Positions 1-11,010 are shown, counted from the stretch's first letter. The stretch: DNA of 64,000 nt from an uncultured bacterium (GCA_965371245.1 CBDUXT010000020.1:2150-66149); one strand, 5' to 3'. The notes: generated from the letters alone by a model not told the origin. Made by a program: numbers and translations.

Positions 1-843
1 ACGGTTGGCCATGATGGCCTGCTCTTCATGGGCAGCCTCGACGGACGGTTTTATTCATTCCAACTCGATCGACGCTGCATTGTCAAGCCGATCAAGCGGT
101 GGACGGTGTCGGCGGCGGGCCCGGTGACGGCCGACCCCGTGCTCTTCGACCAGGATTCTCTTCTCTTCGCTTCCGAGGGCGGCAAGGTGTTCGCATGCCG
201 CGGGGTGAACAAGGGGCTGCTCTGGTCCCAGTCCGTCGGCGGATCGGTCCTGGGTAACCCGGTCGTCGATGAAACCGGCGCCTACGTTGCCACGATGGAC
301 CGTGCCCTCTACAAGCTCAGCCGCACCACCGGGCGGATCATCTGGCGACGACGCATGCAGGAACCGTTGCGCGAAGGACCGGTCGTCATCTCACACACGG
401 TGTACCAGTTCAGCCCCAACGACGGGCTCTGTGCCTTCGACGCCGACACGGGTGCCGACCTGTGGACTCGGCCCGAGGGGCACCGCGTGGTCTCTCACAC
501 GCCCAACGGTGACATCCTTGCGACACAAGACCGTCGGCTGCTGCTGGTCAACAACGAGACCGGCGAAATCATCCACGAAATCCCCGCGACAGACGTCGTG
601 GCCACAGCCCTGAACACGCGAGACGATGCCGTCTACGCCCTGGGAAGCGATGGTCGGGTCGAGTGTGCCCGCCTCAACGATGTGCCCTACCTGCGTCGCC
701 AACAGATCATGGCCGCCCGCGCGCGGCTCAACAAGCCGCCGGTTCGCCAATCCGCCAAGGTCGTCGGCAAGCGCGCGACCAAGCCGGCCGGCTCGCGCAC
801 CGACGACCCTTTCCGCAGCCGTCACGACATCAAGCCAAAGTAG
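1..843 (+). CDS. PQQ-like beta-propeller repeat protein (BamB-like), 5'-truncated by window edge
   Basis: Frame open from base 1; repeated propeller-blade motifs (AFDADTGADLW, LSRTTGRIIW, LVNNETGEII). Confidence 0.75.
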   Translation, partial: TVGHDGLLFMGSLDGRFYSFQLDRRCIVKPIKRWTVSAAGPVTADPVLFDQDSLLFASEGGKVFACRGVNKGLLWSQSVGGSVLGNPVVDETGAYVATMDRALYKLSRTTGRIIWRRRMQEPLREGPVVISHTVYQFSPNDGLCAFDADTGADLWTRPEGHRVVSHTPNGDILATQDRRLLLVNNETGEIIHEIPATDVVATALNTRDDAVYALGSDGRVECARLNDVPYLRRQQIMAARARLNKPPVRQSAKVVGKRATKPAGSRTDDPFRSRHDIKPK

Positions 844-890
844 ACCCAGCGCCTTCACACAGAGTCTTCGGACCCAATCGAAAGCCAAGT

Positions 891-960
891 CAGAGCCGCG
901 GGCGCCAGCCTGCGGACCCTTGCGTCAGCATGCCACCAGGCTCGCGCCCGCCGGCAAGCC
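891..960. repeat. REP-like element, family A (CAGAGCCGCGGGCGCCAGCCTGCGGAC)
   Basis: Near-identical copies at 16074, 21609 and 45405; internal hairpin. Confidence 0.75.
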
Positions 961-1071
961 GGTTCTACCGGTGCTCCCAAGACTTCCCCACGCCGATTCT
1001 GTCACACGCCGGTGTTCGCTCGACATCGAGCGGGCGGTGGCACAATTCCAGCGCACCGATAGGATGAGGCC

Positions 1072-2754
1072 ATGAGCGATCGCAAGATCAAACGCGCGCT
1101 GATCAGCGTTTACGACAAGACGGGTATCGTTGACTTCGCCAAAGCCCTGGTCGAGGAACTCGGTGTCGAAATCATCTCCACCGGCGGGACGGCCAAGCTG
1201 TTGAGCGAAAACAACATCTCGGTGACGCTCGTGGAAGATGTCACGGGCTTCCCGGAGATGATGGACGGGCGAGTCAAGACACTGCACCCGAAAATCCACG
1301 CCGCCATTCTGGCCGACCGCGACAACCCGGAGCACATGCGGCAGCTCAAGGAACAGGGCATCGAGCCGATCGACATGGTCGTGGTCAATCTCTATCCGTT
1401 CGACGAAACCGTGGCCGACCCAGAATGCACCGTCGAGCAGGCCATCGAGATGATCGACATCGGCGGCCCATGCATGCTGCGCGCCGCGGCGAAAAGCCAT
1501 AAGCACGTGCTGGTGGTCTACGATCCGGAAGCCTACGACGAGACACGCACGGTTCTGGCGAGTGCCGGCTCGAACCCTGCGTGCCTTGGTGAACTTCGTC
1601 TGCGCTACGCGGCCGGGGCGTTTGAAGCGACGACCTGCTACGACGCCGAGGTGGCCAAGTGGCTCGGTCAGCGCGAGAGTCTGGAGGCGTGGCCTTGGCT
1701 CGAATGCCTGCCGATGAGCAACTGGGGCGCCATTCGGTACGGCGAGAACCCGCATCAATTGGCCGAACTCCTCGCACACATCGACGGCACGCCGGAAGGC
1801 CACGACTTGACCATCGCTGACGCTGCGCCCGCGGAGGATGAGCAACCGAGTATGTCGTTTAACAACTACGCGGATGCCCATGCGGCGCTGGCGGTTTGTG
1901 CGGAACTGTCGCGGGCGCAGGGCACGCCGGAGCAACGTTCGCGCCACTGCTGCGCCTTCATCAAACACACCAACGCCTGCGGGGTTGGCGTGGCTGACGA
2001 CCCGGTTACGGCCTACGCCCAGGCCTATCTCGGCGACCCCAACGCGGCCATGGGCGGCATCCTGGCTTGCAACTTTGCGATCGACAGCGCCTTCGCCGAC
2101 ACCGTCATGGAGACGTTCGCCCGATGGGGCAAGGACGCCGGCGCGGGTGGCTTTTTCGTCGAGGTCTGGATCGCGCCGAGTTTCGACGAGAAGGCGATCG
2201 ACGTCATTCGGTCAGCAAGAAAATGGGGCGAGCGCGTCCGGCTTCTCGCCATCGGAGACATGGCCGTCGCACCGAACGAAGGAGAACTCGAATACAAATC
2301 CATCGCCGGGGGCATGCTCGTCCAAACGCGCGACACCGTCGGGCTCAACGAGCATCAGTGGAAGGTCGTCACCAAGCGAGCGCCGACCGACGTCGAGATG
2401 GCCGACCTGCGGCTCGCCTGGCTGGTGTGTAAACACACCAAGAGCAACGCCATTACCATCTGCAAGAACAACATGCTCATCGGCAACGGAGCCGGACAGA
2501 TGTCGCGGGTGATGAGCTGCCGCATCGCCACCTGGCTTGCCAAGGAAAACGGACACGCGGACAAACTGCCCGGCGCTGCGGCCGCGTCTGATGCGTTCTT
2601 CCCCTTCCCCGATGGACCCACGATCCTGATCGACGCCGGCGTGACGGCCATCATCCAACCCGGCGGCTCGAAACGCGACGACGACACGATCGCGGCCTGC
2701 AACGAGCGCGATGTAGCCTTGATCCTGACCGGGACGCGACATTTCAAGCACTAA
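1072..2754 (+). CDS. purH: Bifunctional AICAR transformylase/IMP cyclohydrolase
   Basis: RALISVYDKTG, STGGT, GRVKTLHP, IDIGGP, RYGENPHQ, KSNAI, ASDAFFPF, IQPGGS, RHFKH. Confidence 0.97.
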   Translation: MSDRKIKRALISVYDKTGIVDFAKALVEELGVEIISTGGTAKLLSENNISVTLVEDVTGFPEMMDGRVKTLHPKIHAAILADRDNPEHMRQLKEQGIEPIDMVVVNLYPFDETVADPECTVEQAIEMIDIGGPCMLRAAAKSHKHVLVVYDPEAYDETRTVLASAGSNPACLGELRLRYAAGAFEATTCYDAEVAKWLGQRESLEAWPWLECLPMSNWGAIRYGENPHQLAELLAHIDGTPEGHDLTIADAAPAEDEQPSMSFNNYADAHAALAVCAELSRAQGTPEQRSRHCCAFIKHTNACGVGVADDPVTAYAQAYLGDPNAAMGGILACNFAIDSAFADTVMETFARWGKDAGAGGFFVEVWIAPSFDEKAIDVIRSARKWGERVRLLAIGDMAVAPNEGELEYKSIAGGMLVQTRDTVGLNEHQWKVVTKRAPTDVEMADLRLAWLVCKHTKSNAITICKNNMLIGNGAGQMSRVMSCRIATWLAKENGHADKLPGAAAASDAFFPFPDGPTILIDAGVTAIIQPGGSKRDDDTIAACNERDVALILTGTRHFKH

Positions 2755-2790
2755 TAGGCCGCGTCATTCGGTTTGATGCCTGCCCCCTCA

Positions 2791-3061
2791 CCGCCCGCGG
2801 CAGGCAATAGCCTGCCCTACCACCTCGTCTTGCGCAAATGCGTTACATTCGTGCGGCGTTGAACGTGGCCGAGAAGTGTCGCGTCGATGACCAGACCTAC
2901 GCGCATTACATATCATACGTGAGCAGGTACGCCAATATCGCCAAGACGCCGACGTCGTTTCTCCCCTACGTCCGATTCGCCTCATCCGTCGGTCGTAGCC
3001 AAGCAGGGCAGGCTATTGCCTGCCATCCTCGCCGCCCGCGGCAGGCAATAGCCTGCCCTAC
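2791..3061. repeat. REP cluster: three GGCAGGCAATAGCCTGCCCT(AC) copies (2799, 3005 inverted, 3040) plus a degenerate GTCGATGACCnGACCTAC copy (to 2900)
   Basis: Direct and inverted copies visible; related pair at 54325-54383; related element at 35526-35564. Confidence 0.8.
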
Positions 3062-3232
3062 CAACTTTGTCCGGAGCTGCATGCTTTATCCCGCGCGGTT
3101 TCTCGCCGTTGGATGCCGACGACGACGGACGTGACGCACTCCACGTGATTGACGGGTGCCGCCTCGGACGCAATTGCCTGCGAACCCCATCCATCTATAA
3201 TGCATGCTCGCGAGATCATTCGGATGGCCCTC

Positions 3233-3793
3233 ATGAAGCTCTACACCAAACGCGGCGACGACGGATCCACCGGACTGGCGGGCGCCGGCGCGCGGGTCGG
3301 CAAGAACGACCCCCGCGTGACGGCCTACGGCGACGTGGACGAAACGAACGCGACCATCGGCGCCGCACTTTCGACCTGCGACCATCAACAGACGAGCGAC
3401 CGCCTTCGACAGATTCAAGATGACTTGTTCACCTTGGGCGCGGAGCTGGCCACAGGTGGCGGCGAGAGCGCCAAGCTGACCATCGAGGAGGAACACGTCG
3501 TCCGACTGGAGAGGTGGATCGATGAAGCCTGGGCCGCGCTACCGCCGATGAAGCAATTCGTCCTGCCCGGCGGAACCGAGTTGGCAGCCCGGCTTCACCT
3601 TGGCAGAACGGTCGCCCGCCGGGCCGAGCGAGCGATGGTTGCTTTGGCCGAGACCCAATCGGTTCGACCCGCGGCCATGGCGTATGTGAACCGTCTTAGC
3701 GATTTCCTGTTCGCCCTGGCACGGCAGGCAAACCAACGCGACGGCGTTGCGGACATCCCTTGGGCTCCCCCAAAGGGCGACTCGGACGGTTGA
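3233..3793 (+). CDS. pduO: ATP:cob(I)alamin adenosyltransferase, PduO type
   Basis: KLYTKRGDDGST, YGDVDETN, FVLPGG, RTVARRAER, YVNRLSDFLF; start 3224 or 3233. Confidence 0.93.
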   Translation: MKLYTKRGDDGSTGLAGAGARVGKNDPRVTAYGDVDETNATIGAALSTCDHQQTSDRLRQIQDDLFTLGAELATGGGESAKLTIEEEHVVRLERWIDEAWAALPPMKQFVLPGGTELAARLHLGRTVARRAERAMVALAETQSVRPAAMAYVNRLSDFLFALARQANQRDGVADIPWAPPKGDSDG

Positions 3794-3817
3794 ACCGGCG
3801 CGACGCGACGCCGTAGT

Positions 3818-6800
3818 ATGCCCATCGAAGGAACCACGATGGCTGAGGTCGATCCGGAAATGTCCATCTGTTCGGCCTGCGGCTGCACACTGCCAACCAT
3901 CGATGCGCCCTGCCCCGATTGCGGCACGAAGGTTCCCGCCCGCGCGGACTCCGCGGGGGCTCAACCCGCTCCACTGCCACGGCTGCTGCGCGTGGCCGGT
4001 CCCGCTCCATTGCAGCCGCTTCACGTCGTCCTGATCGCCCTGATTGCGGTGGCGGTCGGCGGCGGGTTGATGCTGCTGAGCACGCGCGAACCAACCGGTG
4101 TGGTAGACGGTGCGATCGACTGGAAAGAGGAGTCGTGGCTCCGGGCCGTGGTCAAGCTTCTTTGCCTCAACTACCAGATGGCCACGCTCGACAACGTCGC
4201 GATCAAGGATTACGTGCTCGGCATCGCCGCGGGCCTGGCGCTGTTGGCCGTCGGCATCGCGGTGGCCACTCGGTCGCGGACGGAAGATGAAGAGACCCTC
4301 ACGCATGCCGTCGGCCTGGCACAGCCGGGCGGCGCGCCGCTGATCGATCGAAACCACACCCAACGGACGCACATCGCGCCGCTGGTCGCCGCGCAGGTTC
4401 TCCTGGCGCTCTACCTCTTGTGGTCCTTCGCCAGTAGCCGGTGGTCGCTCGCGCCCGATCTCTCGGTCGGCGCAAGCATCCTGCTGGCGATCTATCTTCT
4501 CTGGGCTCTGGCACTCGGCATCGGGTTGGGAGCGAAGGCGGCGGTGGCGGCCTCACGTATCGTCATCATCCTGACCGTGATCACCGCCGGTACGGCCGTC
4601 TGGTATCACTATGGTCGAAAACCGACGATGCGTATCGACTTTCCCGTCGGCAACCCGATTTTCCTGGCCGCCTGCCTCCTGCCCGGCCTGATGCTCTCGG
4701 TCGGGATGCTGTGCGAGAACTTGCGCGGACCCTTGACGGCGCGACGCGCCGTCTTGCTCGCGCTCTCGGTGCTGGCGATCGGTCTGATCGGCTGGGCGTT
4801 TGCCCTGACCGGCTCGCGCGGGCCGCTGGTCGGTCTGGCGTTCGGGGCGCTGGCGATGGCCTTCTTTGCCCTGCGCGGACGGCTCAAGTTGGCTCCGGTC
4901 GGCTTGGCCGTCGTGCTCGCCGCCGTGGGATACGGATGGTTTGCGTCCGCTGCGGAAACCTTCTCACCGTCCGGTCGCGACGCAACCCTCCGCCTTCGCA
5001 TGTATGCCTGGCAATACGCATTCGACATGTTCCTCGACAGCCCGTTCAAAGGGAACGGTCAGGGCGGCTTCGTCCTCACCGGAGACAGCCACGCCGTTGG
5101 GGACGTACTGAAAGACCCGCAGGCCCTTGAAGCGCGCCTCGCCCATGCCCACAACGAGTGGCTCGAAGTGATGGCCGACCTCGGCTCTGTCGGCATCGTC
5201 CTGCTCATCGCCGCCTATCTCCTAACTTTTCACGCGGGGGCCGCGGCGCTGGAACGCGCGCCGCCGCCGGAGCATCGCTGGGCCTTGATCGCCCTCTTGG
5301 GCGCCTTCGTGGGACTGTCCGTCGAGGAGTGCGCCAACGTCGGACTCCGTGTGGCCGGCACACCCACCCTTTTCTATACGACGCTCGGCCTGGTGTGGGC
5401 GCTGAGCAGCGATCCGCTTAAGGGCGTCGCGCGTTCCCTATCGATCACGCGGGCGCGTCGGATTCTCACCGGCTTGTTTGGCGGAACGCTCGGGCTGGCC
5501 GCGCTGGTCGTGACGCAGCGGGATTTTACGGCTGCACGCCAAGGGTACCGTGCCGAAGTGGCGCTCCGGAACGGTGACTTGGACGAGGCGATCCGCCTGA
5601 GCACGCTCGCCACCGACCGGCTGAACACGCAGCGAGCGTTGTTGAACCTCGAACGGTTGGCGGCGGCGCACCTCCGCGCCGCACAGGATTTTCAAGCACA
5701 AGCCCTCGACCGCGAACGCCGCGCCCTTGAAACCGATCCCCCCAATCCGGTTCTGCTCAGGCTGGCGAACGAGGGGTTCGGGCTCAGCAACGAGCAATGC
5801 GAACTCGGCTCGGGCGCGCTCAAGGAGTTGGTGCGGCGATCGCCTCGGTTCATCAATCACGGGCACCTCCAGTGCTGGCTTACGCTGACCCGCGTCGGCA
5901 ACATCCCGGAACCCGGCGCCGCCGATCAGCAGGCCGCCCTGTTCGCCGGCGCCCTGATCGCCCTCGAACGCGAGCTCGAGCGACAACCGTTCAACGTGTT
6001 GATCGCCGTAGACTACGTTCGGGTGGCCGCACCACGGCGGGCGCTCTCCGAATACATCGAAGCGTTCGTCCGACCGCTTCGACACCATCGTCTGGACCAG
6101 CCCTATGTTGATCTACTCAGCCAGCTTCTGTCGGACGACGCGTTTCGCACGGGGTTGGACCGAATCGTTCAAGAGGCAGCCCTTCGCGCCACCGCCCCCT
6201 TTGTGGGCAAGGCCGCGGGCGAGCCGGTCGAAACCTGGGCGCCGGAAAAGCTTCGTCTGGGCGCGACCGTGCGTTTTATGTCCAGAGATTATCGCGGGGC
6301 GCGCGATCTCCTCGTGATTGCCGCCCGGGCGTACGACCGACTGGCCGCTTCGGCCCCGCTGGGCGCCGCAAGCTGTTACGATGAGCTTGGGCTGTGCCAG
6401 TTCTATAGCGATCCGACGAAACCCGAGCGGGCTCTTTACAGTGCGTCGCGCGCGCTCGCGACCGCAGGCGACTCGACCGCGGGCAAGAAGCTCAAGCGTG
6501 GCGCGAAGGTGCGTGTGATCGACTACCTCATCGCCGCCGGACAGGAAGAGCCCGCCAAGGCCCTGCTGCACGAAACGGCACCGACGACCGTAACGGAAGA
6601 AGGCGTTCTGCGTGAACTGGGCTCCCGCTACCGCCGACTGTGTGAAACGCTTACAGAGAGGACCGACGTGCCGGGCATCTTGCGCAAGCCCCCGCCGGAG
6701 CTTCTTGCCAAGTTCCTCGAATGGATCGACCGCGCGGTGACACTCGACCCGACCGACCCCCGTTCGGATTATCTGGCCGGACACCTGCGGTTCCTCAACG

Positions 6801-7054
6801 GCGAGGATGAGCCCGCCGCCGATCACCTCCGCCGCGCGCTGACCAACGGCTTGCCCAAGGAGATGGTCTTGCGCTTCCTCGAGTTCGCGCAGACCAGCCG
6901 CCCGGACAGTGAGCCGCTCGCCTCGCTCCGCAACCTGTTGGCAACCGGCACAGCCCCCACGCCACCCGTGCCCGACCGCGCCGGCGCCAAGGGGGCCGCG
7001 CCTTCGGACACACGGGTGCCCGCGCCGCGTCTTCCGAATGACTCGAACCCATAG
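3818..7054 (+). CDS. O-antigen ligase (Wzy_C/WaaL-like) family membrane protein with N-terminal zinc ribbon and C-terminal TPR-like helices
   Basis: CSAC..CPDC; many TM helices; TGSRG, LRLRMYAWQYA, GNGQGGF, HAHNEWLEVMADLG motifs. Confidence 0.8.
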   Translation: MPIEGTTMAEVDPEMSICSACGCTLPTIDAPCPDCGTKVPARADSAGAQPAPLPRLLRVAGPAPLQPLHVVLIALIAVAVGGGLMLLSTREPTGVVDGAIDWKEESWLRAVVKLLCLNYQMATLDNVAIKDYVLGIAAGLALLAVGIAVATRSRTEDEETLTHAVGLAQPGGAPLIDRNHTQRTHIAPLVAAQVLLALYLLWSFASSRWSLAPDLSVGASILLAIYLLWALALGIGLGAKAAVAASRIVIILTVITAGTAVWYHYGRKPTMRIDFPVGNPIFLAACLLPGLMLSVGMLCENLRGPLTARRAVLLALSVLAIGLIGWAFALTGSRGPLVGLAFGALAMAFFALRGRLKLAPVGLAVVLAAVGYGWFASAAETFSPSGRDATLRLRMYAWQYAFDMFLDSPFKGNGQGGFVLTGDSHAVGDVLKDPQALEARLAHAHNEWLEVMADLGSVGIVLLIAAYLLTFHAGAAALERAPPPEHRWALIALLGAFVGLSVEECANVGLRVAGTPTLFYTTLGLVWALSSDPLKGVARSLSITRARRILTGLFGGTLGLAALVVTQRDFTAARQGYRAEVALRNGDLDEAIRLSTLATDRLNTQRALLNLERLAAAHLRAAQDFQAQALDRERRALETDPPNPVLLRLANEGFGLSNEQCELGSGALKELVRRSPRFINHGHLQCWLTLTRVGNIPEPGAADQQAALFAGALIALERELERQPFNVLIAVDYVRVAAPRRALSEYIEAFVRPLRHHRLDQPYVDLLSQLLSDDAFRTGLDRIVQEAALRATAPFVGKAAGEPVETWAPEKLRLGATVRFMSRDYRGARDLLVIAARAYDRLAASAPLGAASCYDELGLCQFYSDPTKPERALYSASRALATAGDSTAGKKLKRGAKVRVIDYLIAAGQEEPAKALLHETAPTTVTEEGVLRELGSRYRRLCETLTERTDVPGILRKPPPELLAKFLEWIDRAVTLDPTDPRSDYLAGHLRFLNGEDEPAADHLRRALTNGLPKEMVLRFLEFAQTSRPDSEPLASLRNLLATGTAPTPPVPDRAGAKGAAPSDTRVPAPRLPNDSNP

Positions 7055-7172
7055 TTACGGCGATACATTCCGGTTACGTCAACCATCTCCTTTTGGCTGG
7101 AAAGACGCTCGTCGGGGTGTACAATGAAAGGCTTGGCTGGCAAGTGCCTTCGTTTACAAACGGACGTCTGAC

Positions 7173-8156
7173 ATGGGTGAACACCGCGGCGTGCTGATGG
7201 GTCTGGGTACAATCTTCAGCGCATCGGTTGCGGTTCTACTCTTGACCGGCATGTCCAACAACCCCGGCGCGGCAAGGGCAACCGCGCGCCTCGACTGGGG
7301 CGTGTACCGGATCCTTCACTCCCGTCGATATGGCGAACACCTCACCCGCGAGCTTGCCAAGTTCGCCACGAAACCCGCTTATGTCATGTTCTACCGCGAC
7401 CTGGGTCGTCCGTTCCCCAAGGGCCCCGACGAAGCCGTCCACGCGCACGGCGCGGCCACCATCGTCTCGCTCGAGCTTTGGTCGTGGCACGGCACGCGGG
7501 GCACGAACTATCTCGAGAAAATCAACGCCGGAGACTACGACGCCTTCTTCCGCCAGTGGGCGACAGACGCCAAGGCCACCGGGCGCCGCGTGCTGCTTCG
7601 CTTCGGCTTCGAGTTCAACGGGAACTGGTTCACCTGGTTCGGCGATCCCAAGGGCTACGCAAAGGCCTGGCGACGCGCGCATGGCATTTTCCAAGCGGTG
7701 GGCGCGACGAACGTCGAATGGATCTGGGCACCCAACATCCAAAGCTGTCCGGATACACCTGAGAACAACATGCACGCCTACTTCCCGGGTGACACCTATG
7801 TGGATTGGATCGGCGTCGATGGCTACAACTTCGGGGACCACCACGATGTCTGGCACAAGTGGCAGTCGTTCGAGAAAATCTACGACGCCATCCTGAAGGA
7901 TTTCGCCGCGCGATATCCCCACAAGCCGGTGATGATCTCGGAATTCGGCTGCGCCCCCGGCAAGCCCGGGCAGCGCGAACAATGGATCCGCGAAGCCTAT
8001 GAGAGCCTCCTCAAACGCCCCCAGGTCAAGGCCGCCGTCTGGTTCGACCTCGACAAGAGACGCGAAAACGAGCCCAACTGGCGCATCGACGTGACGCCTG
8101 GATCGCTCAAGGCCTTCAACGAAACCTTCGCCTCCCCCACCCGAAGCGACCGATAG
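7173..8156 (+). CDS. Glycoside hydrolase family 26 (beta-mannanase-like), secreted
   Basis: Signal peptide; LRFGFEFNGNWFTW, YFPGDTYVDWIGVDGYN, KPVMISEFG. Confidence 0.85.
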   Translation: MGEHRGVLMGLGTIFSASVAVLLLTGMSNNPGAARATARLDWGVYRILHSRRYGEHLTRELAKFATKPAYVMFYRDLGRPFPKGPDEAVHAHGAATIVSLELWSWHGTRGTNYLEKINAGDYDAFFRQWATDAKATGRRVLLRFGFEFNGNWFTWFGDPKGYAKAWRRAHGIFQAVGATNVEWIWAPNIQSCPDTPENNMHAYFPGDTYVDWIGVDGYNFGDHHDVWHKWQSFEKIYDAILKDFAARYPHKPVMISEFGCAPGKPGQREQWIREAYESLLKRPQVKAAVWFDLDKRRENEPNWRIDVTPGSLKAFNETFASPTRSDR

Positions 8157-8307
8157 CCTCGTCCATGTCGCGCGTGGATGCCGTTTGCTTGCGTCAGCGG
8201 CGGATCGGTCATAGCCTCTTCCGGCGGTGTGTCCTCACACGGTCAAGTGAACCCCGTAGCCAACCGAAAAACCGATAAGCTCCTGATTCGCGTGAATGAG
8301 AGGGACC

Positions 8308-9582
8308 ATGACGACGGTATTCCACGACAAGCTGGCTTGCGGCCTCGAATGCGGAATCGCCCCTCTGCCACACCGCCACGTGGTCTCGATGCAAATCCGC
8401 CTGCTGTCCGGTATCTGCAGCGAACCCGCCGAAAAGCTCGGGCTCGCCTGGCTGCTCGCCGAAACCATCGACAAGGGCACGCAAAGCCGCTCCGGGCGTG
8501 AACTGGCCGACGCCTTCGACGCCATCGGCGCATCGCACGGGATCTCGGTCGGCCGCGAAACGACAACCCTCACCTGCACCGTCCTTCCAGAGCACTTCGA
8601 GAAGTCGGTCGCGCTCCATGCCGAGTTCCTGCGTACTCCTACGTTCCCCGAGGACATGTTCGACGCCAGTGTCGATCTCGCCCAGCAGGAACTCATCGCG
8701 CTGGAAGACGATGCCCAGGGAGTGATCGACAAGCTCATGGGTTTCAAGGCCTACGGCCATGTACTCGGTCGACACCCGCTTGGTGAGCGCGAAACCCTGG
8801 AGCGCATCACCCGTTCGGATCTGGAGGATCACTGGCGCGGACACTTCCACGCGGGCCGCATGATCGTGACGCTTGCCGGCCCGCTTGAACCGTCTCGAAT
8901 CGTCGATGTGTTGGCAAAGCAGTTTGACGGCTACGGCAGCGCCGACCGCGCCGGGCGCGAGACGTTTCCCGTTGAGTTCGCGCCCAGTGCAACGCACCAC
9001 CAAAAAGAGCTGGAACAAGAGCACATCAGCATCTGTTGGCCGGGTATCGACGCGACCTCGGACGAGTTTCCGACGCAACAGGTTACCCTGGGCATTCTCG
9101 CGGGCGGCATGAGCGGGCGGCTGTTCACCGAGGTGCGTGAGAAGCTCGGCCTGGTCTACTACGTCAACGCCTGGCAGGAGACGCCGCGCGGCGCGGGCAT
9201 GATCTTCCTCGGCGCCTCGACCACCCCGGAACGCTGCGACCAGACCTACGAAACCCTCCTGCGCGAAGTCGATCGGCTCGCCGAGGACATCGAACAGGAC
9301 GAGTTGGATCGCGCCGTCACCGGAATCCTCGCCCAGCGGGACACGCGCGGCGATACCACGCGGGCCTGCTGCTCGGAACTGGCGAACGATCTGTTCTTTT
9401 TCGGTCGTCAGGTCCCCAAAGAAGAAAAGGCCGGCAAGATTCGCGCCGTCACGCCGGACCGAATTCGGCAGTACCTCTCGACCCATCCGCGTGACCAGCG
9501 CTGCGTCGTCACGCTGGGCCCCCGCGCCCTGGAGCAGGCATCAGCCAAAGCGGAGCAGCGGCAGGAACCGGCCTCGACGTAG
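8308..9582 (+). CDS. M16 (pitrilysin-like) peptidase, non-catalytic subunit
   Basis: LAWLLAETIDKGT replaces HxxEH; GGMSGRLFTEVREKLGLVYYV. Confidence 0.85.
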   Translation: MTTVFHDKLACGLECGIAPLPHRHVVSMQIRLLSGICSEPAEKLGLAWLLAETIDKGTQSRSGRELADAFDAIGASHGISVGRETTTLTCTVLPEHFEKSVALHAEFLRTPTFPEDMFDASVDLAQQELIALEDDAQGVIDKLMGFKAYGHVLGRHPLGERETLERITRSDLEDHWRGHFHAGRMIVTLAGPLEPSRIVDVLAKQFDGYGSADRAGRETFPVEFAPSATHHQKELEQEHISICWPGIDATSDEFPTQQVTLGILAGGMSGRLFTEVREKLGLVYYVNAWQETPRGAGMIFLGASTTPERCDQTYETLLREVDRLAEDIEQDELDRAVTGILAQRDTRGDTTRACCSELANDLFFFGRQVPKEEKAGKIRAVTPDRIRQYLSTHPRDQRCVVTLGPRALEQASAKAEQRQEPAST

Positions 9583-9703
9583 CGGTCGAGTGACCCAGAC
9601 CGGGTCGAGCGTCCGGACGGACCGCGGGTTGTACAAAGGATGACGGGCGCGTTCGCCGCACGCGCCGCCGCGAACACAAGGCGTATGGAAAGGAACAGAC
9701 CCG

Positions 9704-10951
9704 GTGGTCAGCGATAACCCCTACACCGTGCATACGTTGGACAACGGCCTCCAGATCGTGATCGAGCGAATGCCCGGCGTTCGCAGTGCGGCCGCCGGTT
9801 TCCTGGTCAAGACCGGTGCCCGGGACGAAGAGCCGGCCGACGCCGGTTTGTCCCACTTCCTCGAACACATGATGTTCAAGGGAACCGCCAAACGCACCTG
9901 GCGCGACATCACCGTGGGCTTCGACGGCTTGGGCAGCACCTACAACGCATACACCAGTGAAGATCGCACCATCTACTACGGCTGGGTTCGCACGGACGAT
10001 GTGCCCAAGCAGATGGAACTGCTGGCCGACATGATGCGATCGACGATTCCTATCGAGGAGTTCGAGACCGAAAAGAAGGTGGTCCTTGAAGAGATCGCCA
10101 TGGCCAAAGACGGTCTCGAGCACGTCGCCTTTGATTTTCTTCAAGAGAAGGTCTTCGAGGGGCACCCACTCGCCTGGCCGGTCCTCGGCTACACGGAAAC
10201 CGTCACCGACATGTCGCGCGATCGCATGTACGATTACTTTCAGCAGCGCTACGCCCCGGACAACATGCTTCTGGTTGTCGCGGGGAACGTCGATCCCGCA
10301 CGTGTTATCGCCCATGCCGAAGCGCTTTGCGGCGCGTGGAAAGCATCGGGAACGAAGGACCGTCGCACGGCGCCGACCCTGCGCACGGGAACAGACCGCC
10401 TCCAGCTCGACCGCTTCAAGCAACAGGTCATCGCCCTGACGTTCCCCGCCGCCACCGCCGCCAGCGATCAGGCCGAGACCGCCAGTGCCGTGGCATCCAT
10501 TCTGGGTGGGGACAACTCTCGCTTCTACTGGAACATCGTGCTCAAGGGGCTCGCGCCGCGCGCGGGCGTCTACCATCTGGATTACACCGACTATGGAGCG
10601 ATGATCCTTCTCGCTTCGTGCCAGCCGGAAAACGTCGAAAAAGCGCTGGAGGCTGTGCGGACGGAGGCGAAGAGAATCTTCGACGAACCCGTCGCCACCG
10701 AAGAGGTGGAACGAGTCAAGAACAAGCGCCGAACGAGCCTCGCCGTTGAGGCCGAAGCGCCCTACTATCGCCTCTCCCAGCTCATGGATGACCTGGAGTA
10801 TCACGGCGCGCCAAGGACCGTCGAGCAATCCCTGGCCGAGGTGGACGCCGTTAGCATCGAGTCGATCCAGGCGTATCTGAAAGCCTACCCCATCTGCGGT
10901 GACGGGCACCTGACCAGCGTCGGACCCCGTCTCTTTCCGGAAACAGCATAG
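9704..10951 (+). CDS. M16 peptidase, catalytic subunit
   Basis: GLSHFLEHMMFKGT, NAYTS, EKKVVLEEI; GTG start. Confidence 0.9.
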   Translation: MVSDNPYTVHTLDNGLQIVIERMPGVRSAAAGFLVKTGARDEEPADAGLSHFLEHMMFKGTAKRTWRDITVGFDGLGSTYNAYTSEDRTIYYGWVRTDDVPKQMELLADMMRSTIPIEEFETEKKVVLEEIAMAKDGLEHVAFDFLQEKVFEGHPLAWPVLGYTETVTDMSRDRMYDYFQQRYAPDNMLLVVAGNVDPARVIAHAEALCGAWKASGTKDRRTAPTLRTGTDRLQLDRFKQQVIALTFPAATAASDQAETASAVASILGGDNSRFYWNIVLKGLAPRAGVYHLDYTDYGAMILLASCQPENVEKALEAVRTEAKRIFDEPVATEEVERVKNKRRTSLAVEAEAPYYRLSQLMDDLEYHGAPRTVEQSLAEVDAVSIESIQAYLKAYPICGDGHLTSVGPRLFPETA

Positions 10952-11010
10952 GCCTCACGACGTAGAACAAGACGACAGGCTCGCCGAGTGGCGAATCGAT
11001 CGGTCGAATC

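Noticed and set aside
2791-3061. Repeats resembling a mini CRISPR array
   Set aside because: Mixed orientation, irregular spacing, related copies dispersed elsewhere and no cas genes; better explained as REPs
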